24,165 nucleotides of DNA, from positions 1 to 24,165 of IMG/VR virus record IMGVR_UViG_3300027212_000026. The stretch is one strand, 5' to 3'. Positions 7,712-16,801 of the stretch are shown here, one piece after another. The position numbers were made by a program, and so were the translations under genes. Positions within the stretch are counted from its first letter, which is position 1; the number at the start of each line of letters is the position of its first letter. The DNA comes from a virus. Its lineage: Duplodnaviria > Caudoviricetes. Below the pieces are notes generated by a model that worked only from the letters and a program-made list of their open reading frames with translations, searched no databases and was not told where the DNA came from.

Positions 7712-8212
7712 CTATGTTAAAGCAAATGCAGTTTCAAATTCTAAATTCCATTTATTTAATCCTCCAGTGCTTTCAACTGCTCCTTTGCTTAAAAAAACTA
7801 CTTGTAAAGCGTGAGTATCAATTTTAGTAGGGTCTGAATTATAAAAATTACTTAAATAAGGATAGTCATAATTTTCAACTGTATTATGAAAAAACAAATA
7901 ATGATATTTTTTCTTAAATAAATCGTAATTAAATCTATTAGCCGTGTAGGTGGCTGGGTTTGTTTGCTTAATAAAGTTTTGATATACCAACTCTAATGTA
8001 TATTGCTCATAATTAATTTTACTAATTACTACCTGACGTCCATTCAAATTTCTTGCAGTTTCAATGTCGTCACTTTGTCGCATATACAAGCCCAAAACGT
8101 CAAAAGTTGTAACTACCTTATCACTTAAAGCATCTAACGTGCTTTTAGCAACCAAAGAATTATTATTATTTACATCAGTACCATAAACTGTTACTTTATA
8201 CCCTGCTATCAT
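7712..8212 (-). CDS. Putative distal tail protein (Dit-like)
   Basis: Immediately follows the tape measure gene. Size and the C-terminal strand WNLEFE are compatible. Call based on synteny. Confidence 0.5.
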   Translation of the reverse strand: MIAGYKVTVYGTDVNNNNSLVAKSTLDALSDKVVTTFDVLGLYMRQSDDIETARNLNGRQVVISKINYEQYTLELVYQNFIKQTNPATYTANRFNYDLFKKKYHYLFFHNTVENYDYPYLSNFYNSDPTKIDTHALQVVFLSKGAVESTGGLNKWNLEFETAFALT

Positions 8213-8213
8213 T

Positions 8214-11200
8214 TTAACGCCCCCTTACTACTTTAATTGAACTTGAACTTACATTAAATTTATTTACATTATTAATGCTTGGATTAAAGTTTTTGCTTCT
8301 TAATAATTCATTATTTGTATATAATAAATTTTCAATGTTTTTTGTATTCATATTCATATTTACTAATTTACTCATATCCCCACCATTATTTATAAATCTT
8401 AAATAAGGTTCATTTTGAGCCGTTGAACGTGCATTAATTACGCTTTCACCCTTTGATAGCATCGCTGGTATGCTGTCGCTTCTTGACGTTCCTGCACCAT
8501 TAATATTAATAGCACCGTCTTTTAATTGCAATATTGCATTTTCTGCTACACCTAATAAAGCGTATAATGAACCAGTTAAAATACCACTTGCTATTGGTCC
8601 TGCTATTGGTCCTAAAGTACCTATTGAAGTACCAAATATTTGAGTTATAAATGCTGGCACTAATGCTTTTATAGTTTGAAAAATACTTTTTGCAAATCCT
8701 TTTAATGCGTCTTCACCACTTGCAATCATCATTCCTGTATTTATAGCAATTTGTTGTGCAATTAAACCAACATTTTCACCAATACTTGCAAATACATTTG
8801 TACTCTTATTAAATATTTCATCTAATTTTTTATTAATACCATTATCACCATTTAAAGAATTTTCAAAACTGCTAATAATAGACATATTTAATACATTTAA
8901 ACTTTCACTCCAAATAGTTTGCTTGTTTGCTAAATACTCTTTTTCTGCTTCTAAATTAGCAATACGTCTATTATTTTCAATCTCTGCTAAACGTTCCGAA
9001 TACTCTTCATAAGAAATTGCATTGCCTAATAAAGTGTCACTTAATCCATTTTTTTCACTGTCAAAACTTGCATTTATATCTTTTTGTATTGCTTCTAAAC
9101 TTTTACCATTATCTAATATTTTTGCAAAATCTATTTTAGCAAAACTATTTCCAATAGATTTACTTAAATTATCACTTATATTAATAAAAGATTGTTCTAC
9201 ATCAAAATCAAATTCTAATTTTGGCATTTCAATTTTTGGCAATTCTTTTATAGTTATTTTTTTAGGTCTTAAAATTATTTCATCTGTTTTTGTTTCTTCA
9301 CGTAAAGCATAATCTAATACTAATTTGGCTGTTTTTTCTTTTTCAATTTCTTTTGTAAGCAATTTTAATTTAACAATATTATTTTGATATACATTTCCAA
9401 AATCTTGTTTAATTGCTAATTTTTCAGTTTCATCATATAATTTTTTATACAAATCTTGCAAAGTTTCAACGTGTTCTTTTTCCTTTTTTTCTTTTTGCTC
9501 TTTTGCTTTTTGTTTATAATCTACACTATCTAAATTTTTAATTAGTTGTTGATATTGCTCATTAGTAATTTTACCAAGTTTCTTTTGCTCTTCAATATTT
9601 CTTTTAATTGCATTTTCAGTATTTTCAAAAACTTTTAATTTTAATTTTCCTGAGCCATCATTTTCTTTAATTAAATTATTAATTTGATTATTCAAATCAT
9701 TAAAACTTTTAGTATCAACTTCTGCTTCAATTTTTACATTTTTCTTTATGTTTGTATCTTTGCCTAAAATACCCAAAAACTCTAATACTTTTGTTACTAT
9801 CATTCCCAAAGATTTTAACCAACCTTTCATAGTTTCCCAAACGCTATCAATAACCTTTCTAAACGCTTCACTATTTTTATATGCATATACCAAACCAGCA
9901 GTTAAAGCACCCAAAGCAACTACTACTAAACCTATTGGATTTGCACTCATAATTGCATTTAATAATGTTTGTGCCGTATTCATTAAATAAGTTTTAGCCG
10001 TTGCAATAACAGTACCATTAGAATATGCTAACATAACAGTTTTTGCTGTACTTAAAATTCCATTCCCAAACGCTACAATTCCATTATAAATACCCTGAGC
10101 CGTTGCAACTGCTTTTGTTTTTAATTCGCTTGCTGTCATTTCAATAGTCATTGCTTTTTGATATGCAATATATGTAATTATTGCAGTTGTAACTAATTCA
10201 ATATTACTTGCCAAAAATTGAAATACAGGACTTGAAGTTATTTGGTTTGTAATATCAATTAATACATTTAAAACATTAGTCAAAGTTTGCCCTAATATAG
10301 TGCCAGCATTCTCTAATACTTTAAATATATCAACTCCACCACCCATAGAACCAAAAAACTCTAATAATTTATCGGTATTGAATGAACTTAAAAAAGCACC
10401 ACCTATTGCTTGAGCACCTTCAGCAATTTGCATTTTAAAAATACCAAATCTCGCTTCAACATCTGAAGTATCATTTTTCATTGTTTCAAAAGTTCCACTT
10501 AAAACTTTCATTGAAGCGTCCAATTTTTCGGCTGGACTACTTGCAGTTAATAAGGCATCACCTAAAAGTGGGAATTGTTTTTTTAACTTATCTATTGCTT
10601 CTGCATTTTCAGGGTCTGAAATACCACGTGAAAATATTTGTATTGCTTTTTCGCCATTGATTGCACCACCAGTAGCATTTTCTATACCTATTGCTAATTT
10701 AGTTAAATCTTGATTCATTTTGCCAGTCGCACCACCCAAACCACCAGCGGTTGCACTTAATTCTTTTATCCTTTCAGGTGCTACCCCTAATTCAAAACCA
10801 AAATCCCTTGCAAATTTAGTAGTTTCTTGTAGTTGCTTATCAAGTTCGGCACCACTTAAACCAGCCAATCTAAAACCATTTTCTAATTGAGTGCCAATCT
10901 CATCTGCTCTGCTTGCTTGTTCTGCTAAAAAACCTAATCCCTCGCCAACTTTTGCAATACCATCTGCAACTATTTGACCACTCGCAAAATTAAGTATAGA
11001 ACCTAAATTTAAACTACTTTTTAAGTTTGCAAATAATCCTTTAGCCTCGTTATCAATTTCATCAAAAGATTTTTTTGCTTGCTTTGGTAAATTTTTAATT
11101 TCATTATCATTAACTTCAATTACAATATTATCACTAAACACTTTCTTAAGATAATCGGCACTTACTTTGCCTTCTTTATCTACCATATCAAATGCTTTTA

Positions 11201-11240
11201 ATATACCGCTTGTATCTACGTTTATTTTGGTGCTTATCAT
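8214..11240 (-). CDS. Tail tape measure protein (about 1008 aa)
   Basis: Longest ORF, helical and Ala/Gly-rich, with LNAIMSANPIGLVV..L..L...LVYAY..SE.FR and a C-terminal GAGTSRSDSIPAMLSKGESV motif. It follows the chaperone genes. I prefer the ATG at 11240 over the GTG at 11270, which lies in a hairpin. Confidence 0.9.
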   Translation of the reverse strand: MISTKINVDTSGILKAFDMVDKEGKVSADYLKKVFSDNIVIEVNDNEIKNLPKQAKKSFDEIDNEAKGLFANLKSSLNLGSILNFASGQIVADGIAKVGEGLGFLAEQASRADEIGTQLENGFRLAGLSGAELDKQLQETTKFARDFGFELGVAPERIKELSATAGGLGGATGKMNQDLTKLAIGIENATGGAINGEKAIQIFSRGISDPENAEAIDKLKKQFPLLGDALLTASSPAEKLDASMKVLSGTFETMKNDTSDVEARFGIFKMQIAEGAQAIGGAFLSSFNTDKLLEFFGSMGGGVDIFKVLENAGTILGQTLTNVLNVLIDITNQITSSPVFQFLASNIELVTTAIITYIAYQKAMTIEMTASELKTKAVATAQGIYNGIVAFGNGILSTAKTVMLAYSNGTVIATAKTYLMNTAQTLLNAIMSANPIGLVVVALGALTAGLVYAYKNSEAFRKVIDSVWETMKGWLKSLGMIVTKVLEFLGILGKDTNIKKNVKIEAEVDTKSFNDLNNQINNLIKENDGSGKLKLKVFENTENAIKRNIEEQKKLGKITNEQYQQLIKNLDSVDYKQKAKEQKEKKEKEHVETLQDLYKKLYDETEKLAIKQDFGNVYQNNIVKLKLLTKEIEKEKTAKLVLDYALREETKTDEIILRPKKITIKELPKIEMPKLEFDFDVEQSFINISDNLSKSIGNSFAKIDFAKILDNGKSLEAIQKDINASFDSEKNGLSDTLLGNAISYEEYSERLAEIENNRRIANLEAEKEYLANKQTIWSESLNVLNMSIISSFENSLNGDNGINKKLDEIFNKSTNVFASIGENVGLIAQQIAINTGMMIASGEDALKGFAKSIFQTIKALVPAFITQIFGTSIGTLGPIAGPIASGILTGSLYALLGVAENAILQLKDGAININGAGTSRSDSIPAMLSKGESVINARSTAQNEPYLRFINNGGDMSKLVNMNMNTKNIENLLYTNNELLRSKNFNPSINNVNKFNVSSSSIKVVRGR

Positions 11241-11259
11241 AATATATGCCTTATCAATT

Positions 11260-11289
11260 AAAAAGCCCACACGCTTAATTTATGGGCTT
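11260..11289 (-). terminator. Terminator-like hairpin between the chaperones and the tape measure gene
   Basis: AAGCCCA...TGGGCTT followed by a T-run on the minus strand. Confidence 0.4.
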
Positions 11290-11653
11290 AATTCTTATAG
11301 TTTAAAACTAACTTATATAAATATTTAGTATATAATTCAATAATTGAGTATTTATTCAAAATTTGCTCTGCATAAAAATCATTATCAGAAACTAAATACA
11401 TTGCTATTTTATAAATATTAAAATCAATAGAGTGGTCGTCAAATTCAATAGTAAATAAATCGGTTGTTTTTATTTCTTTAAAATTATCAATTTTATATTT
11501 TGATTTATTTTTAACTTTATTTTCTAAATCCTCTTTATTTTGAATTTTCCGATTATATATATAGGTAGTATAATCTCCCTCCAAAATAAAAAAAATTTCA
11601 TTTTTTAAAATCTTATTTATCTCAAATTCTTGATAGTTTTTTAACCTTACGAA
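11288..11653 (-). CDS. Tail assembly chaperone, frameshifted C-terminal part (gpT-like)
   Basis: The frame is open from 11671 to the stop at 11288, overlaps the upstream chaperone in the +1 frame, and has only a TTG start at 11584 with no SD. Confidence 0.65.
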   Translation of the reverse strand, partial: FVRLKNYQEFEINKILKNEIFFILEGDYTTYIYNRKIQNKEDLENKVKNKSKYKIDNFKEIKTTDLFTIEFDDHSIDFNIYKIAMYLVSDNDFYAEQILNKYSIIELYTKYLYKLVLNYKN

Positions 11654-12020
11654 AGTAAGTAATAAATTGCTCTATTTTTTCTTTATCTTGTTCTAACCAA
11701 AAGTCTTCAACAAATTCTTGTTCAACTTCTAAATTATAATTAATTAATTTACAAAAAACTAAATAATTATGTAATTCTACATCTACATCAATTTCTCTTT
11801 GTTGTAATGCAAATAAATCTTTTATTAAATTAATATTTTCAGTTTCTTTGTATTCAATTGCTTTTTGTGCCAATTCGGTTTCAACTTCACTTTGCTTTAA
11901 ATCTCTTAATATTTTTAAACTTTCTGCATATACTTTTGCCGTAAATATTCTTAATTTGTACTCTTTTAATTTACCATTAAAGTATAGTTCAATACTTTTT
12001 AACTGTTCTAATTTTTCCAT
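11622..12020 (-). CDS. Tail assembly chaperone (gpG-like)
   Basis: Acidic helical 132-aa protein between the major tail protein and the tape measure gene. Confidence 0.7.
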   Translation of the reverse strand: MEKLEQLKSIELYFNGKLKEYKLRIFTAKVYAESLKILRDLKQSEVETELAQKAIEYKETENINLIKDLFALQQREIDVDVELHNYLVFCKLINYNLEVEQEFVEDFWLEQDKEKIEQFITYFRKVKKLSRI

Positions 12021-12042
12021 TATTTTATACTAAATATATTTT

Positions 12043-12067
12043 AAAAATAGGGGACAAAAAGTCCCCT
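12043..12067 (-). terminator. Intrinsic terminator after the major tail protein
   Basis: AGGGGAC-TTTTT-GTCCCCT then ATTTTT on the minus strand. Confidence 0.75.
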
Positions 12068-12079
12068 TTTAATTGTTAA

Positions 12080-12658
12080 TTATACTGGGGTTGCACTTAC
12101 CCATTCGCCATAAGAACCAGGAGCCAAAACTAATGCAGTTGAATAAGTAACTCCCATTGCTGTAAATGCAGTTGTAGGTACTGTAATTGTACTTTCAACG
12201 GCTATTGTAGTAAATTGTAATGGTGTTTCATTGAAAGCCCCTTGTGCAGTTGTTACTGAACCTGAGTCACCTGAAACTATACCTAAACCTACAAATACTC
12301 TTGTAGTTGCTTCTGCTTGTGGCTTTTTAAGTGGATATATAATAACATCACTTGTAACACTTCCACTTGCTTGTGACTCTTGAATTTGCGAACCATCTTC
12401 AAATACTACTGAAACTGTTTCGGTACTTGCAGTTGTAATTCTTGTGTCTAAGAATGAAGCCATTGCTGAAGAATTATCCCTTGCAGTTAAATCAATAACT
12501 ACCGCTCCTTTGTTAGGGTGCCCTGTAATTGCTACACCTTCCAAAGTGTTAATTGTGATTACTGGCGTTGTTGATGCATTACCACCTGTTACTCCAAATA
12601 CTCCAAAGGCGTTGGTACCACTAAAACCAACCTTACTTAATACTGTTGTTGCACTCAT
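12080..12658 (-). CDS. Major tail (tube) protein
   Basis: 192 aa, rich in T/S/G/A/V, with a strong AAGGAG RBS. It is followed by a terminator and then the chaperones and tape measure gene. Confidence 0.7.
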   Translation of the reverse strand: MSATTVLSKVGFSGTNAFGVFGVTGGNASTTPVITINTLEGVAITGHPNKGAVVIDLTARDNSSAMASFLDTRITTASTETVSVVFEDGSQIQESQASGSVTSDVIIYPLKKPQAEATTRVFVGLGIVSGDSGSVTTAQGAFNETPLQFTTIAVESTITVPTTAFTAMGVTYSTALVLAPGSYGEWVSATPV

Positions 12659-13356
12659 TATGCTAACTCCTTTTTAATTAATTGTTTCTTAATATTCTGT
12701 AATAAATCATTTGCTGTTAAATGGTCTTTTTGCATTTTGTTTATTTTTTTTGATTTCTCGTATAATGCAATATGGTGATATTCCTCTATTTTCTCTGCCA
12801 TACGCTCTTTTGGCACTTCATAACCAATATGATGTATAACCAAAGGCGTTGAATAAATTATTTTATCTTTTGGTATTGATATATTCTCGTGTATATCACC
12901 TTGCCAAAATGAGCCCTTAACAAATAACTTGCATTGTGGCATAACTTCGGTATCATAAAGTCCATACTTATTTTGACAAAATGTTTTTACACTAAAATTG
13001 TAAAACATAGCACCACCAAAATTCTCTAATTTATCATATTCTAATATATGTAATTTGAGTTGTTCGTGCTGGTGAATTAGCAACCTTTCATCTGCATCTA
13101 AACTTAAAATAAATTTCTTATCACTTAATCTTAATGCTTGATTTCTCGCATAACAAAAACTAAACACTCCAGTATATTCTAAAATTGCATAAGTTTCATT
13201 TTCGTTATTTTCTAAAATTGTTAAAGTATCTTTATCTGAACTTTTAGTCATCACTAAAATTAACTTTGCATAATTAGGTAATGATTTTTTCAAATCGTGT
13301 AAAAAATGCTTGTCTTCTTCTCTAAATATAACTACTACATCTAATAATTTAATCAT
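12658..13356 (-). CDS. Glycosyltransferase family 2 (DADE-type; WaaE/GmaR/SunS-like motif set)
   Basis: FSFCYARNQAL...FILSLDADERL, WQGDIHE and IHHIGY motifs. Confidence 0.85.
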   Translation of the reverse strand: MIKLLDVVVIFREEDKHFLHDLKKSLPNYAKLILVMTKSSDKDTLTILENNENETYAILEYTGVFSFCYARNQALRLSDKKFILSLDADERLLIHQHEQLKLHILEYDKLENFGGAMFYNFSVKTFCQNKYGLYDTEVMPQCKLFVKGSFWQGDIHENISIPKDKIIYSTPLVIHHIGYEVPKERMAEKIEEYHHIALYEKSKKINKMQKDHLTANDLLQNIKKQLIKKELA

Positions 13357-13832
13357 TACAACCTTTCATAAAAACATTCAAAATTAATACCAAATTCGGC
13401 TATACCTGCTGTTGTTGGTATTGTGTAATTTATACGTGGATTTTGTAACAACATTCTATAATTTAAAGTAATATCTTCAACATCATATTCTAAATTTTCT
13501 ATTGTAATATTTTCTAATATTTGCAAAACTTGATTTGCATATTCATATTTTATTTTATCGGTTAATCTATTTTTATTATCTACTTTACTTTTAACTTTTG
13601 CATAAATAAAAAGTGAAATTGTACCCTGCAAAAAAGTATTAGTTTTATCTTCAAAAGAATTATATTGTGGATTATTATTTAATGCTGTTAAGTAAATTAA
13701 ACATTTATTTTCTACTAATTTTTCATTATTAATATCATAACTCATAATAAAATTATTGTCAGAAGTGTTATCAAAAACAAATCTGTCTTCAAGTGTATTT
13801 ATTATATGTAATTCAATAGGATTAGACATCAA
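13356..13832 (-). CDS. Putative tail terminator/completion protein
   Basis: 158 aa, positioned after the virion morphogenesis gene and before the tail tube gene. Call based on synteny. Confidence 0.5.
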   Translation of the reverse strand: MMSNPIELHIINTLEDRFVFDNTSDNNFIMSYDINNEKLVENKCLIYLTALNNNPQYNSFEDKTNTFLQGTISLFIYAKVKSKVDNKNRLTDKIKYEYANQVLQILENITIENLEYDVEDITLNYRMLLQNPRINYTIPTTAGIAEFGINFECFYERL

Positions 13833-14382
13833 ATACCACGCTGTTTATATATTCATTTAATCTTTTTTCTACATCATTCCACCACATCGGCAAGCCCTCA
13901 CGGTTAAACTCTGCTACAAACGGTGCAAAGTATGGTCTTGCTGGTATATTAACTCCACCGTGTTTTAAAGCACTTAAAGCCATTATTGAATACGCCTCGT
14001 CACCAGTTTCTTTATATTTTTTCATCAAACCCCCAAACATACTAAACTTGCTTTTAGATTTAATAAAGCCACCGTATTCGTGTATATTTGCATAAACAAT
14101 ATTACTACCTATCTGACCACTAAACACTCCATTAGAGTAATTTATATCAAAAGTATCACGTTCAAAAAAACTATATAATAAAGCACCAGTATTTGAACGT
14201 AAATGTTTAGTATTGTTTTTAGTTAATTTTGCAACTGAATTATCAGTTTTCCCACTTCTATAATCATCTGAAACTGAAACTTGTTCGCCAAATTGAAAAC
14301 TTAAATAATCAAACATTAATTGTGCTAATTCTTGCTCACTATCTTTTAATATTCTATGTAAATCTTTTGTTAAATCTGCCAT
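13822..14382 (-). CDS. Phage virion morphogenesis/neck protein (Mu gpG-like)
   Basis: NTGALLYS, IGSNIVYANIHEYGG and VNIPARPYF motifs. Confidence 0.8.
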   Translation of the reverse strand: MADLTKDLHRILKDSEQELAQLMFDYLSFQFGEQVSVSDDYRSGKTDNSVAKLTKNNTKHLRSNTGALLYSFFERDTFDINYSNGVFSGQIGSNIVYANIHEYGGFIKSKSKFSMFGGLMKKYKETGDEAYSIMALSALKHGGVNIPARPYFAPFVAEFNREGLPMWWNDVEKRLNEYINSVVFDV

Positions 14383-14383
14383 T

Positions 14384-14953
14384 TTATATTATAGATTTAT
14401 AAGTATATTTTTTTAAAATAGAACGCCATACTGGTCGCATATCAATAAAAGAAGTACCTATTGAAGTCCCTAAGTTTGCTTCACTAATATTGCTTTTACC
14501 TAAAATATCTTTACTTTGATTACGATATGAAATATATACCATTTCTTTTGCAACTTTTTGTAAATCGGCTGGTACATCAGCCAAAGCAACCCCCTGAGAC
14601 GTTACTATTTCATATTCATAATCTTTTTTCAAAACATCTTTAAAAACTATTGAATACATATTATTATTAGTTGTTAATATATATTCAGTATTTGCTAAAG
14701 TTGTCCAATTATCAAATGCCGTTGCTCTATACTTAATTGTAGTAATACTATTAACTTTATAACAATTCAAATTATAAAATTTATAGCCATCACCTTTGAA
14801 TTGAATAGTAACGCTTGCAGTTAATAATTTAGTTCTACATTCATACTCAATAATAGCCGTACTATCATTAATAAATTGTTCAACTAAACTAACATCTGCC
14901 GTGTTTGAAGCGTCAATATTTAAGTATTGTAATGCTGTATCTATATTAATCAT
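14384..14953 (-). CDS. Head-tail connector/adaptor (HK97 gp6-like, long form)
   Basis: MINIDTALQYLNI...D..LVEQFI...TAIIEYEC, VNSITTIKY, VPADLQKVA...Y and ILKKY. Confidence 0.75.
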   Translation of the reverse strand: MINIDTALQYLNIDASNTADVSLVEQFINDSTAIIEYECRTKLLTASVTIQFKGDGYKFYNLNCYKVNSITTIKYRATAFDNWTTLANTEYILTTNNNMYSIVFKDVLKKDYEYEIVTSQGVALADVPADLQKVAKEMVYISYRNQSKDILGKSNISEANLGTSIGTSFIDMRPVWRSILKKYTYKSII

Positions 14954-15231
14954 TTTATTACTATAAATTCGTTATTCAATTCATTATTATAAACAATTTC
15001 ACTTGTATTAATAATCTCTAAAACATCAATTAAACTTAAATCAGTTTCAATTAATAAAATACCATTAAATCTAAGTTTATTATATGCGTCTTCAAGTTCT
15101 GTATAATCTGAAGTTTTAATTTTAATACCTGTTTGACTTGGCTTTATATTTGCATAATACCAAACCACTTTTTGACCATTAGCAAAGTATGCTCTATAAA
15201 TATCGGTTGCTATTTTTATTAAGTTTTCCAC
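14950..15231 (-). CDS. Hypothetical protein (93 aa)
   Basis: Overlaps both neighbours, with an ATGA overlap to the adaptor gene. Confidence 0.5.
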   Translation of the reverse strand: MENLIKIATDIYRAYFANGQKVVWYYANIKPSQTGIKIKTSDYTELEDAYNKLRFNGILLIETDLSLIDVLEIINTSEIVYNNELNNEFIVIK

Positions 15232-15635
15232 GTTCTTTTTTTCCCCTGTATATCATAATGAATAAATTTAAAAGGACGATTTTTATAAAATGTAATACCA
15301 CCAGCAATAATCTCTTCAGTATCAATTAATTCATTAATCAATACGTATAAGTGTTGCATATATTCTTTTTCAACGTAAATATCACTTGCCATTGCTTTTA
15401 AATGATAACTATTTTTAGCACCACCTATTTTAGTATTATGGCTTGGTGTTCTATAACCACTTGTAATTTTAATTGGTATATTTTTACCTATCTCTTCACA
15501 CAATCTATCTCTAATAATTTGTAATTGCTCTGCAAGTTTCTGAACATTTGACTCTAATTCATCAGGCACATCTGAGCCGTCTTTGCATCTAAATTCGCTA
15601 ATATTAAAGTTCTTCGTTAATTGCTTCGTTTTCAC
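15219..15635 (-). CDS. Peptidase M15 (Zn D-Ala-D-Ala peptidase-like) endolysin
   Basis: TKNFNISEFRCKDG, ITSGYRT...N..IGGAKNSYH...ASDI and FIHYDI. Confidence 0.9.
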   Translation of the reverse strand: MKTKQLTKNFNISEFRCKDGSDVPDELESNVQKLAEQLQIIRDRLCEEIGKNIPIKITSGYRTPSHNTKIGGAKNSYHLKAMASDIYVEKEYMQHLYVLINELIDTEEIIAGGITFYKNRPFKFIHYDIQGKKRTWKT

Positions 15636-15795
15636 TTATAAATCCCATTTTGATTAAACTATTTAATAAAAATTCGTATGCAATATTATCATAATCATTC
15701 GTAGTGTCTAACGCTTTTTTCTTTGCTATTTTAAGCAAATAAATTGCTATTGTTTTTTTAGGTATTAACTCTAATATAATTTTAAAATAATTCAT
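15604..15795 (-). CDS. Small hypothetical protein in the lysis cassette (63 aa)
   Basis: AAGGA RBS and overlap with the endolysin start. Contains an amphipathic helix and a TTNDYDN motif. Confidence 0.6.
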   Translation of the reverse strand: MNYFKIILELIPKKTIAIYLLKIAKKKALDTTNDYDNIAYEFLLNSLIKMGFISENEAINEEL

Positions 15796-15804
15796 AATTT
15801 ATCC

Positions 15805-16056
15805 TTATTTATAAGGCATTGGTGAGCAACAACCTTTTTTTTCACCTTGTACTTCTTCACCACTTATACCGTCTGAAAGTATTTCTATTTGTGCTTCATC
15901 AAAATATATACTTTCAATAGGTCTTCCATCTTTTAAAGTTGTAGGCTGTATGCAATATCTATTACAACCTGTTAAAAACTCACATCTTGCTGTTATAATG
16001 CCTTCAAAACCTGTAATTTTATCTTTGGCTAATTTGCCTAATTCTATTAAAAACAT
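15805..16056 (-). CDS. Phage hypothetical protein (SH3-like beta pattern)
   Basis: LGKLAKDKITGFEGIITARCEFLTGCNRYCIQP...FDE. The ATG at 16056 has GGAG upstream; 16068 is an alternative start. Confidence 0.7.
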   Translation of the reverse strand: MFLIELGKLAKDKITGFEGIITARCEFLTGCNRYCIQPTTLKDGRPIESIYFDEAQIEILSDGISGEEVQGEKKGCCSPMPYK

Positions 16057-16087
16057 ATTAAACTCCATATATTTAAAAATATTAATA

Positions 16088-16222
16088 TTAATCTAAATTT
16101 ATAAACTCTTTTATATCATTAATAACTATATCTTTGACTAAATCAATTATAAACTCATTTTTTTTATCTTCAAAATCAACTTCTGCAAGTGCCAAACAAG
16201 TAAATATCCAAAAATACTTCAT
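16088..16222 (-). CDS. Small hypothetical protein (44 aa), not in the ORF track
   Basis: Hand translation gives MKYFWIFTCLALAEVDFEDKKNEFIIDLVKDIVINDIKEFINLD*. It has AGGA upstream and fills the intergenic gap. Confidence 0.5.
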   Translation of the reverse strand: MKYFWIFTCLALAEVDFEDKKNEFIIDLVKDIVINDIKEFINLD

Positions 16223-16225
16223 ATC

Positions 16226-16798
16226 TTATCCTATGATTTTATAAGCAACCAAACCTGCTAATTGACTAATTTCGTTATTATCCAAATCATTAAATTCATT
16301 CATAATATTTTTGTAGTTTCTAAAAGAACTATAACCAAAACTAAATAACTCTGCATAATCAATGCTTTTAGTTTCTACAACACTTTTAACAATTTCAAAT
16401 AAACTTTCAACAAATTTGCTTAATAATTCAATACCGTAACTTTGCTTGTTCTCTTCGCTTTTAAGCAACTCTAATACATCAAACGTCAATTTCTCTACTA
16501 TATATGATTTAATGCCGTCTTGGTCAATTTCTGAAGGTATTTTGCCATAATTAGTAACTATCTCAATTAAATAATTAAAATATTTGCTATATTCAATCGG
16601 CTCTTTTTTAACCATAGCACTCAACAACCCAAATACTGCATTATATACATTATTTATTGTTGCTGGTAAATCTTTTTCATTAGTCATTTTGCTAATTTTC
16701 TTTGACATCTTTACTTCCCTTAAATTTCTAATTTCTTTTACTTTTTCTTTTAAAAACTCTGTTTGTATTTTTATTTCTACTTTTGATATATCTTTCAT
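16226..16798 (-). CDS. Hypothetical helical protein with an internal duplication (lysis region)
   Basis: Two similar helical segments. The real start may be internal (MSKK..., preceded by AAGGGAAG). Confidence 0.6.
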   Translation of the reverse strand: MKDISKVEIKIQTEFLKEKVKEIRNLREVKMSKKISKMTNEKDLPATINNVYNAVFGLLSAMVKKEPIEYSKYFNYLIEIVTNYGKIPSEIDQDGIKSYIVEKLTFDVLELLKSEENKQSYGIELLSKFVESLFEIVKSVVETKSIDYAELFSFGYSSFRNYKNIMNEFNDLDNNEISQLAGLVAYKIIG

Positions 16799-16801
16799 AA
16801 A

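Noticed and set aside
8589-8613. 12-bp tandem repeat in the tape measure gene (GPIAGPIA)
   Set aside because: Ordinary short peptide repeat typical of tape measure proteins.
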